Source of the DNA: Okamejei kenojei
Lineage: Eukaryota
Length of the DNA: 64,000 bases
NCBI GenBank assembly: GCA_035221665.1
Contig: CM069154.1
Location: forward strand, 5,146,001-5,210,000
Reading direction: 5' to 3'
The notes under the pieces were generated by a model. That model was not told the origin of the DNA. It made no database searches and worked only from the letters and a program-made list of their open reading frames with translations. Shown in pieces: positions 39,904-52,100 of this stretch. Position 1 is the first letter of the stretch. The number at the start of each line of letters is the position of its first letter. The translations under genes were made by a program, and so were the position numbers.

Positions 39904-40165
39904 TTAAAGGCCCGTTGTCGTGGAGACGGCACTGGGTGGGAGTTGCAGGCGTCGGCCTGGTGTGGCGATGTTGTCGGTGCCTCCACCACCGCCGCTCCGT
40001 GCCGCTGCAGGACATGTCCGATCCGCACGCTCGTCCACGATTTCTGTGGGACCTCCAGCGGCACCCGATCCACCGGCTACTGCAGGGCCTCCAGCAGCCC
40101 ACTCGCGTTCATCTCTTCCCTCCACCACTGCCGACCCCATCTCCAAGGTCTCGGCTGTTTTTTTC
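39904..40165 (-). CDS. Copy B exon 6 (probable): Gly/Ala-rich cytoplasmic tail ending TTGL*
   Basis: Acceptor ttttaattgttattcaag in phase 2 gives TFK-R-KKTAETLEMG... The frame is open in both copies with only a 3-nt indel. AATAAA lies ~200 nt downstream (39697-39702, minus strand). Confidence 0.62.
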
Positions 40166-43100
40166 CTTGAATAACAATTAAAACACAATTTATAATCTCT
40201 ACCATCAAATTTTACCCGAGGAAATAACCCAGGGCGGCACAGTGGCGCAGCGATAGAGTTGCTGTCTTACAGCGCCAGAAACCCGGGTTTGATCATGACT
40301 ACCGGTGCTGTCTGTACGGAGTTTGTATGTTCTGCCTGTGACAGCGTGGGTTTTCTCCGGGTGCTCCGGTTTGCTCCCACAAACCAAAGACGTGTAATTT
40401 TGTAGGTTAATTGGCCTCTGTATAATTGTAAATTGGCCCTCATGTGTATGATAGCGCGAGTGTACGGGGTGATCATTGGTCAGCGCGGACTTGGTTGGCT
40501 GTAGGGCCTACAGTGCCCTCCATAATGTTTGGGATAAAGACCCATCATTTATTTTATTTGCCTCTGTACTCCACAATTTGAGAATTGTAATAGAAAAAAT
40601 CACATGTGGTTAAAGTGCACATTGTCAAATTTTAATAAAGGCCATTTTTACACATTTTGGTTTCACCATGTAGAAATTACAGCAGTGTTTATTCATAGTC
40701 CCCCCATTTCAGGGCACCATAATGTTTGGTACACAGCAATGTCATGTAAATGAAAGTAGTCATGTTTAGTATTTTGTTGCAAATCCTTTGCATGCAATGA
40801 CTGCTTGAAGTCTGCGATTCATAGACATCACCTGTTGCTGGGTGTCATCTCTGGTGATGCTCCAACAGGCCTGTATTGCAGCCATCTTTAGTTTATGCTC
40901 GTTTTGCGGGGAAGTCCCGTTCAGTTTTCTGTTCAGCATATAAACGGCATGCCCAATTTGGTCCAGAATAACTTGGCCACTCAAGAATTGACCATTTTTT
41001 CACTTTGAAAAATTCCTTTGTTGCTTTTGCAATATGTTTGGAATCATTGTCTTGCTGTAGAATGAACTGCCGGCCTATGGGTTTTGAGGCATTTGTTTGA
41101 ACTTGAGCAGATAGGATGTGTCTATACACTTCAGAATTCATTATGCTACCACCATCAGCAGTTGTATCATTAATGAAGATAAGTGAGTCAGTACCTCCAG
41201 CAGCCATACATGCCCAGGCCATAACACCTCCACCACCGTGTTTCACTAATGAGGTGGTATGTTTTGGATCTTGGGTAGTTCCTTCTCTCCTCCATACTTT
41301 GCTCTTGCCATTAACCTGATATAAGTTAATCTTCGTCTCATCTGTCCACAAGATCTTTTTCCAGAACTGTGGTAGCTCTGTTAAGTTTGAAATAAGTTTA
41401 TTCATGGATAACCCCTTGAGATGAACAGTCATCTCGTTTTCGAGGGGGTCCAACATAGAACATACATCACAAGACATAACATACATGGATGCTCTCATTG
41501 ACCCACCTACCCACACACCAATCCCAAAACCCCTCCATCCCCACTTGTTATAGTTTATGACAATTGTTAATTGACTTTACATATCCAATAATAATAAGTT
41601 ATGTGTTACAGCATAATGTTGATGCATAATACCATATACCACCTATCATACATCGTACGTTAGGTGGTACGTTTCCGAGGGGGTCCAACATTATTACATG
41701 ATATATTATTTCATAGTATTGTGACATAATACAATATGACCTTGTTACACTATGCAATACAATAATACATAAGTGTAATGGCAATGCGAGCGTGGGGGGA
41801 TAACCAGTTTAGAGTTTCGTACATAGAACAGTGGCGAGTTAGATATGGACACCTTAAAATAAATCTGCAGAGACTATTATAAACTACATTCAGGGGTTGA
41901 AGATGTGTGTCAAATGTATTCTGATAGACAATATCAGCATAATCCAGTGTTGGTAATAGTAGTTGAGAGACAATTCTTTTTCTCATCTGAAAGGTGAAAC
42001 AATTTATATGGCGGTAAAGAATAGCTAGATTACAGCTAAGTTTTTTAGTAATCGTCTCACTATGCTGCGTAAATGAAAGCGTTGGGTCGAGCCAAACACC
42101 AAGATATTTGAAGTTCAATACTTGTTCTAATGGTGATCCTTTATTAAATGATATAGTCAGATCTACACAATTACCAAGGCCTTGTCTGGTACCAAATAAC
42201 ATACTGCATGATTTATTTTTATTTAAAATTAATTTGTTAAATAATAGCCATTTCTGAACAGAAGTAAGATCTGATTGAAGGGATCTTTCAATTTCAGACT
42301 TGTTAGTACTAGATGTATATAGCACTGTATCATCAGCATATAGTTGTGTTTGACAGTCAGAACAAATATTAGGGAGGTCGTTTATGAAAATAGAGAAAAG
42401 GAGTGGTTCCAAAGACGAACCTTCCATTAAAGGTAACACATTTGCGTCTGTTATGAAGGTATGAGTTAAACCACAGTAGATTGTTTTGAGAAAGACCAAT
42501 TGTGTAACGTTTATCAAGCAGTAGGTAGTGGTCAACAACATCAAAGGCCTTGGTTAAATCAAGAAAGATGGCACCGGTGAGTTTACCATCCTCAGAAGCA
42601 GTGAACACATCGCTGGTGAGTTTTAACAGCGCTGTAGTTGTGGAGTGATTAGGTCTGAACCCACACTGACATGGAGATAGAATGTTGAAAGTTGAGACAT
42701 AATGTGATAGCTGGTTGAACACTAGTTTCTCAAGGATTTTAGCCACCGAGTTGATAATTGAGATGGGGCGGTAATTGTTAATAGTAATATTAAACGAGAA
42801 CTTACCAGTTCGAAGTTTGATCGTTATGTTATGAGGAGTAACGACGAGGGATTACGTGAAGAAGCCCCGCCTGGCGCTGGAACGGCATACTTCAAAGCAG
42901 CGGCATGAAAAACACAGAACATAATAGCCGGAGTAAGATAGTAAGGCTCAACATAGATTTAGAACTACCAGATGATCATTTATTTTATGAGGGTCGGGAG
43001 TGGAGGGCACGTAATCCCTCATCGTTACTCCTCATAAAATAACGATCAGACTTCGAACTGGTAAGTTCTCGTTTAATCTTACTATTTTACTTCGGAGTCA

Positions 43101-46100
43101 CGTGAGTGACTACGTGAAGATTTTGAAGCTTCTGTGTTTTTTATGTCGTAGAGTCATTCCATATGACAGTCCGGCTAGGTCAACACATACATGAGTAAAT
43201 AACCTTTTACCAGATCAGTTTTAGTTTATTTTCATAAATCTTTTAATGATAAAAGAACAAATAATAACCCCCTTTTTTACATCTGGGAAAAATCATTACA
43301 AAGTGATAAAATATATAAGTGATAACATAATTGATAATATAAATCGATAGTGAAACAAAGCAGGTGATTATAGTGAACCCAACACCGCGTGTCCAAAGCC
43401 TGTCATTGTGAGAACAGGTTTATCGTAGAACTTTGAACCCTGCGGTTTCTAAAATGTGTTCGAGTGGCACGTCCTGTAACTTCGCCACGGACGTAGCTGC
43501 TGCCCTGGTGGAGTGAGATTTAAACACATCAGTGTCTACTCCTGCTAAAAGTAACACCCGTTTTAACCACCTTGAAATTGTTTGTACTGATGCTTTTGTG
43601 TGTGGTTTCTTATGCGTAATCATTAACGCTTTTTCATCACCTCGAAGAGTCTTGGTAACTTTTATATATTGAGTCAAGTGTCTAACTACACACAACGTTG
43701 GATCAATAGGGTAAGCTTGAAACATTACCTTCGCTCCAGTTCTCCCTGGTCTGCTTTGTTTGATCAGATCGTAAACGTAAAACACAATGTTATCTGAAGC
43801 CACATGCATACAATCTAAACATAGCATTTGTAATGTTTGCACTCTTTGTGCTGATACCAACGCCATTAACATTACTAATTTAAATGTTAACTTTTCCAAT
43901 GATATAACTTCGCTTGGAGTCCATTGCCTAAGCAAAGTAAGTACAATGCTGACATCCCAAATTTCTGTATATCTTGGTTTGATGGATTTTTGTTAAAGAT
44001 TCCTTTCATAAATCTGGATATTAATGGATGAGATCCAATTGATTCATGGTCAGAAATTTGTCCTAAATAGGATGATAAAGCACTACGCGCACTATTAATG
44101 GCACTATAACTTAAGTGCTGCTCAAAATGCAACTCAGCAAGGAACTCCAATATGTTTGAAATGTTCACAGTATGATAAGATATATTTGATTGTCTACAAA
44201 AAACTTCCCATTTCTTTATATGTGTCATATATTGTCTCTGAGTGCTATCTCGCCATGATGAGACTATGACATCCATAGTTCTATCCGACAATCCAAGCCC
44301 TTGTAGTGGTCTGGTCAAAACCTGCAGATTAACAAATTCATATAAACATGTAATGGATGAATTTCTTTTGTTACTGGTTTTATTAACAAATCACTGCAGC
44401 TAGGAATTGACATATATGGTTCCTTAATCATATTTAACATCAACGGGAACCATGGTTGTGTCGGCCAATTTGGAATCACCAATAGTCCTGTGGCAGAATC
44501 TTCTATTTTCTTCAGACATTGCTGAACCAGAGCAAATGGAGGGAAAGCATAAAAGAACATATTCCCCCAATGTAGTGAAAAAGCATCTACTGCTACTGCA
44601 TCTGGATCGGGTTCCCAAGACACATATTTAGGCAATTGATGATTTAATCTTGATGCAAACAGATCAATGTCTGGTAACCCATACCGAATAACAATTTTAC
44701 TGAAAACTACTGGGTTCAACATCCATTCTGTGTTGTCTTTAAACACCCTTGATCTGTTGTCTGCCACCACATTGTCTTTACCTGGGATATAACTTGCTGA
44801 AATCCAAATTTGGTGCTTAATACACCATTACCATATCTGATTGACCAGACAATCACATGATACCGATCTTACTCCACCCATGTGATTAATATATGCAACA
44901 GTTGTTTTATTGTCTAATTGTATCTGTACATGCAGATTCTTTTTTGTAGAACAATAGGCTTTTAATCCATAAAATGCCCCCAATAACTCCAAATAATTAA
45001 TACCATATGTTTGGAGAAACATTTCCTCTTGGATGGTCCGCCTTCCCCCACAGCAGGTAAATGTATCTGTCACCCCCCCATCTGAGAGCATTTGCATCTG
45101 TTTGTAAAAATACTTCAGGCTGCTGTATTAAAATGTTTTTAGCAGCATGTGGAACATTTTCAATCCACCATTGCAATTCCAATAAAGCTTCTTTTGTTAA
45201 TTGGATAGGCCTATCGAAATGGCCTGCTCGCTTTTTTAGAGCTCGTATTTTGTCCCTTTGAAGGTTTTGGTAATGTAATGGACCAAATTCTACTGCAGGA
45301 AATGCTGCTACTAGTTTACCAATAACCTTCGCTACTTCTCGGGTGGAGGGATAAGGTTTGTGAATGAGGCCCCAACATACCGTTGAAATATCAACAATCT
45401 TGTCCGTTGGCAAAGTTACTAACATGGTAACTGAATTAATCACAAAACCTAAATAGTTAATTGACTGTGCTGGCTGCAGCTGGGACTTAATTGGATGAAT
45501 CAAGAATCCTAATTTTTCAAATAAAGTTTTAGTTGCTGAAACTGATTTTCCAGCTGATTCCTGATTATTACTGACAATTAAAATGTCATCCAGATAAGCC
45601 ATAATGATGTGCTTTTGTGCTCTTAATTGCACTAAAGCCGGTTTCAACAGTTTTGTGAAGAGCCTGGGAGCTGAACTTAAGCCATTTGGTAACGCTTTAA
45701 ATTGCCACAGCTGTCCCAGCCAATTAAATTTTAAATACCTTCGAAAAAAATTGATGTATTGGTACTGAATAGTACGCAACCTTTAAATCAATTGTAGCCA
45801 TATAACAACCTGCTGATATCAAATGTCTTGCAGTGTTGAACGTATCCATCTTGAAATGTTTATACTGGACAAATTTATTAAAGTTTGTAAGGTCCAGAAT
45901 AATTCTGCAACCACCATTTTTTTTATTTCTCGGAAAGATATTTGACACAAATTGGTGTTCATACTCAATAGTTTTTTTCAATAACACCTTTTTTAAACAA
46001 TTTGTCAATTTCCACATTAATTTCTGCTTCCTCAATAGCAGAGAACATGAAACCATAAGCAGGTTTATTTTGTACCGGAGAATTAACACCTTCTTTAAAT

Positions 46101-49100
46101 GTTATTGTAGCTCCTGAAACTGTTTGTAAAATAAACCGATCAGATGTGATGGAAAGCCATTCATCATAAAACATTTGTAACCTCCCACCAACTGGAGATT
46201 CGTCCACAGTTTCTTTAAGAACAGAATAAAGTTTTTGTACCTCTCCATATGAACATGGTGGTCTCCTTCTCCCGTATACGGGTGAACATTAGGCTGTGTT
46301 GGATGGTAATATTTTCTTACCATATTCCTGCCTCTGTTTCCAAAATCAAATCCCCTTCTTGACGTAAAATACCTTTTTTGTCCAAAAACGTAGGTCTCAT
46401 GTAGCTAATAGATTTAGCCTCTTCATCCATTCCTCTTATTTGTTTAGGCAGGTTTTCTCCAAATAGATAACCAGGAGCTTGAACACCACTTGATCGACAC
46501 AGACCTGCAAATCTCGGATGAAATATGGGCCGAATCACAATTTTCCTCATGCAATTAATTTGCACAATAAGCCCAATGTATCTCTTTGGATTTTAACCAT
46601 TTCCGACCCTTCCATTTGCTTTCCAAAAGCAGTAATGGCAGCTGAAATCAGTTTGAGGATTCTTTGAAACCTTATTTCTTGTCCTCTCATGACTGATGTC
46701 ATAGGTGTCCATATAGATGGATTAACCGTACGTACCTTCAATGAGGTGCAATTTTCCGGTGTTTTATATAATTCTGCTGTGTCAGCCATCACAGAATCTT
46801 GAAGTTGGTGAGATAGCATATAATTAATACTGGCAGCTAGGTTTTCTTCCATAGTCTCACCACTTCCTTCAGGGAAAAGCAAAATCTCTTGCCATATCAG
46901 GCACATATGGCCTTTTCTTTTTTATTTGTGGTGTGCACTCATAATCCACATCACCACTTTCAGGGTCTGACTTTTGCAGCCCTGATACTCCTGGAACTTC
47001 ATCAAATAAGACTTCCTCCACCCTTAATCCTGGGTCTGGAGTTTCAAATTCCCAATTTGGCACATAGCCATATTCTGGATATTCAAACCCCTCAGGGTCA
47101 GTTTGGGAAAGTTCTGGGTACTTGGACCCTTGTCTCATAATATTTTGGAGTACTCTCTCCATATGTTCCATTTTAAGCCATATAGCTTTATTATCCGGAG
47201 GACTTTCATTATCAGAGTCATCATCAGAAACCACAGGCCTCACAGATTTCTTTTTACTTTTCCCAGGAACATTTTCCTCCGTGGTTTGTGTTTCTGGAGA
47301 AATTATAGTCTCACTACCAGGTGAATCAACGGCCACCGGTATTGGAACCGGCTCCGCACTAATCTCTTGTCCCGACTCTTTAGCTTCTCCCCGGGACGAT
47401 CTTTTAACCCGCGAAATCTTCCTCTGAGACTTCTCCATTTAAAATTTTTTATTACCTAAGCTGGATGAGTACGCCAGCGTGACTCTGATTTTTTGAAATT
47501 TTTACTTTCATTTTTGCTGGTTCTACTTGCCAGCGTAATGTCTTTTTTAGAACGTCCCCTAAAAATTTCATTGCACTTACCTGCGGGTCCGTTCTGACCG
47601 CTGAGAGGAGCTGCACTCTGCAGCTCTTGCTTCTGCCGTCAGCGTCGACGTAATGCCGTTCCAGCGCCAGGCGGGGCTTCTTCACGTAGTCACTCACGTG
47701 ACTCCGAAGTAAAATATCGTGTGGGTCGCCTCCCTTATGCAGTGGAGTAACATTGGTACACTTCCATGCGGAAGGGAGGGTACAAGTTGAGAAGGACAAA
47801 TTAAACAGGTCGCATAGTGGGTACATTAGAATATTAACTCCTAACTTAATGAATTTAGTCTCAATACCAGCTGGTCCAGATCCACAATCATCCTTTAATT
47901 CATTAATAGCATGTTGAACGTCAACAGGTTTTATTTTTTGAAAAGAAAAAGAGCTTCTACACGTAGAGGTAGCTGGAAAGTCACAAGTACTTTGTTGCAA
48001 ACTGTAACCTGGCCATACTATTTTTGTGGCAAACCAGTGGTTTGCATCTTGCAGTGTATCCTCTGTATTTCTGTTCATGAAGTCTTCTGCGGACAGTGGT
48101 TATTGTCAAATCCCCACCTGACTCCTAAAGAGTGTTTCTTATCTGTTGGACAGGGTGTTTGGGTTTTTTTTTTTATTATAGAGAGAAGTCTTCTGTTATC
48201 AGCTTTGGAGGTCTTCCTTGGCTTGCCAGTCCCTTTGCGATTAGTAAGCTCACCAGTGCTCTCTTTCTTCTCAATGATGTTCCAAACAGTTGATTTTGGA
48301 AAGCCTAATGTTTGGATGATGTTTCCAACAGTTTTATTCTTGTTTCTCAGTCTCATAATGGCTTATTTGAGTCATTGGCACAACTTTGGTCCTCATGTTG
48401 ATAAACAGCAATGAAAGTTTCCAAAGGTGATGGAAAGACTGGAGGAAAGATTAGGTGCTGAGAGCTTTTTATACCTGCATTAAAGAGGCAATTAAACACA
48501 CCTGAGCAATTACAAACACCTGTGAAGCCTTGTGTCCCAAAATGTATGGTGCCCTGAAATGGGGGGACTATGTAAAAACACAGATGTAATTTCTACATGG
48601 TGTAACCAAAATGTATAAAAATACCCTTTAATAAAATCTGACAATGTGCACTTTAACCACATGTGATTTTTTCTATTACCAATCTCAAATTGTGGAATAC
48701 AGAGGCAAATAAATAAATTATGGGTCTTTGTCCCAAACATTATGGAGGGCACTGTATGTCCACACTTTATCTCTAAATTCTAAAGTGAACTCCCATCATT
48801 TCCAATTTAATTTAATGTGAACACCAGAGTGAAGAGATTGCACAACTTTTACCTTTTAAAAGTTGTCACACAGCTGATGGAAGCCAGGAAGAGAAGCAGA
48901 ACTCCAAAGAGTACCCAGCGTAACACACCCCAAACACGGCGAACATTCAACACGATGTCCCTGGAAATACAAGGAAATATTATTACTTCCACACAGAGTT
49001 ATCAAAGATCAACGTTGGGGAATTTTTTCATCATATTGCACACGGAATCATTCAGTGTGATCCAAGGTTGTGGCGTAGACATTGGTGAGATGTTTATATC

Positions 49101-52100
49101 GCAACATGCACCCATTCCTTGGAGGTGTTCCATGACTACATACATTAACAACTTAGATGTTCATGTTGGTGGTCAGACATACAGCACGAAAACATGTCCT
49201 TTGACCCAATTTCCGCACGCTGACCAAGATGCCCTTACCTACACTAGTCCCATCTGCCGGCCTTAGATGTTAATGTTGGAAGTATGATTAACGAGTTTAC
49301 AGATTACACCAAAATTGTATCATTTTGGATAGTACAATAATCATAGACCACAGAGGGATGAGAAGCAACTGGTATGTTGGGCAGAGCAATGCCAGCAGGT
49401 ATTGAACCGTGATAAGTGTGAAGTTATTTGTTTTTGGCATCAAATAAGGGTAGACATTCACAACGGTAGGGCCACTGGGTGTACTAAGGACAGAGGGACT
49501 TTAGTCAGGGCCAAGGAGTATTTATCAATGGACTGGAATGTGATCAGCCACGCTTTCTCAAAGTACTGGGACTGATTTTACCGACAATAAGATACGATCC
49601 TACCGGACCACCGGTGCTGTCAGTACATAGTTTGTATGTTCTCCCTGTGATTGCAAGAGTTTACTCTGGATTCTCCAATTTCCTCCCACATTCCAAAGAC
49701 GTGCGGGTTTGTAGTAAATTGCCCCTAGTGTGTAGAACAGAACTGGTGTATGGGGTGATTGCTGCTCAGAGCGGACTCAGTGGGCCAAGGAATCTTTTAA
49801 CTGAGTTGAACTGATCTTAACTAATTTGTTCTCAGTTGAGGCTGTGTTGGCTCTTCGAGTTACCAACCTGTTTGAAAGTATTGAACCAGGAGACTCAGTG
49901 GAACTTGCTGCCTCGGTGGTTGGTGCATCTTGAGGCAGGGTGGTCAGAGCCCTTGTGCTTATTGTTGTAGAGGTGGTGATGACCATATCTGGGCGGTTTG
50001 TTTGAGACCCTTGTGGAGATAAAGTGAATGAAGTTTTTGAACATTAAATGTCTGAAAGCAAGTTCTGTTCCACTTCAGTGATGTGGGGGAGATGCTTCAG
50101 TTGGGAGTGCTCTTGCTCTGTGTGGAGAGATTCCTGGGTTCAAATCCCAAACCAGTGTGGCCCCATGCAGCGGATTCCCCCTACCCCCTTCTCACCTCCC
50201 ACCAAACACCCCCCTCCCTCCCCCATGAACCCCCGGGGATGTGGCACCGAGTCACCGTCAGGACCGAGGCCGAGAATTCCAAGCTGGAATTTCACATGTG
50301 TCGAATATTCGTGGTTTGAATCCCACTCCATACATTTGGACAAAGATCCTTCTGAGGCCACCATAGATGGACCAAGCACCTTGGTCTAGACAGGAGGCTC
50401 ACCCATTTTTAAGATGCCACATGATGGCCGCAAGCATTCAGAGACTTCTTTCATGCCCTTCAGAGTCCCACAGGCTGTGTTATCTGCCTGCTGCTAGAGT
50501 TAGGCACATGTCTTCTACGTTGGAGAAGAACTTGGGAGCGGGAGGATCCATGGACTATTTTCATTACGTGGACTGAATTGGAAATAATGCAATTTGGTTG
50601 GAGGTATCTACCTGAAACATTAACTGTCATTCTCTCTCCACAGATGCTGCCCGACCTGTTGAGTATCTCATCTTGTACAGTTTGTGCGGCTCAGTTTAAA
50701 GTCCATATCAGTCATCTCATAAGGATTCTTCGTTCATAATTTATAGGAACATAGAAAATAGTTGCAGGAAGAGGCCATTCGGCCCTTCGAGCCAGCACCG
50801 CCATTCACTGTGATCTGGGTTGAACATCCACAATCAATAACCCGTGCCTGCCTTCTCCCCATATCCTTTGATTCCACTAACCCCTAGAGCTCTATCTAAC
50901 TCTCTCTTAAATCCATCCAGTGATTTGGCCTCCACTGCCCTCTGTGGCAGGGAATTCCACAAATTCACAACTCTCTGGGTGAAAATGTTTTTTCTCACCA
51001 CAGTCTTTTTTTTGTTTTTTTGTTTTGTTTATTTTATTAGAAGTTAATACAGTAAAAAACAATACAGTGGCACCTAATTTTAGGTGACAACTATGTCATA
51101 ACGTAATACATTCTATGTACAACCTCTAGTTTTATGTTTTTGAAAAGGAAATTAAAAAAAGGCAAGAAATAGAGAGAAGAAAAAGAGGAAAAATAGATAG
51201 TAGAAAATAGAAAAACCTGAAGTGTGCATATAAGAAAAGAAAACATAGAAAGTAGAAATAGGAGAAAAAGAATTTTCAAATCTTTGTTCGGAGATGTAAT
51301 TCTACCCACGACCTGAGCTGAAATCAGTAATCTTAACGGTACTGCTGCATCACATGATTCCAAAAAGTCGATGAAAGGGGACCAACTCCTTAAGAATTGG
51401 TCATATTTATCTATTAGGCGGAGTCTCATTTCTTCAAAGTGAGCTATGTCCGTCATATTACAAATCCACATTTTAATAGTTGGTATAGCTGTATTTTTCC
51501 AAAATTTAAGTATCAATTTCTTTCCAATTATTAACCCATAATTAAAGAATACTTTTTGGTCTTTGTTTAACTTGATATCTTCTACTATTATTCCAAATAT
51601 AATCCATTCCGTATTTGGTTCTATTCTTGACTTGAAGAGCTTTGTAAATATATCAAATATATCGCTCCAAAATTTATTCAACTTTATACATCCTACAAAT
51701 GAATGTGATATATTGGCATTTTGAAACAAACATTTATCGCATCTAGGAGAAACATTTGAGTTGAATTTATTTAACCTCGTTTTTGAATAATATAGTCTAT
51801 GTAATAGTTTAAATTGAATTAGATTATGTCTTGCATTAATGGAACAATTATATGTGTTCATCAGATACTTTTCCCATTTATCTTTCGGAATCTTTATCAT
51901 TAGTTCATGTTCCCAATCTTCTCTTAGTGCCTCTGTTGAGGGTAATTCTCTATTTAATATACTATTATAAAAATAGTTTTTGTGAATTTTATCGGTGAGA
52001 ACAAGATCGTTCCTATATCGTACGGGAAACACTCCCCTTTCTCCATTCTTATCCACTCCGACTGGTGAGTGGAGTTATCCAACCAGTACATTATGTTCTT

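Larger units (their letters stand above)
40511..48754 (-). mobile_element. Tc1/mariner transposon (same insertion as 4134-8954) with a different nested cargo
   Basis: Same TIRs, TA TSD and flanks. Transposase motifs WTDETK, KHGGGGVMAW, QQDNDSKH (40893-41516) and N-terminal HTH (48075-48356). Confidence 0.93.

Noticed and set aside
43420-44770. Phage-integrase-like and Dam-like ORFs as a prophage, bacterial contamination or restriction-modification system
   Set aside because: They sit with gag, RT/RNase H, inverted repeats and an ICR in standard DIRS1 order.
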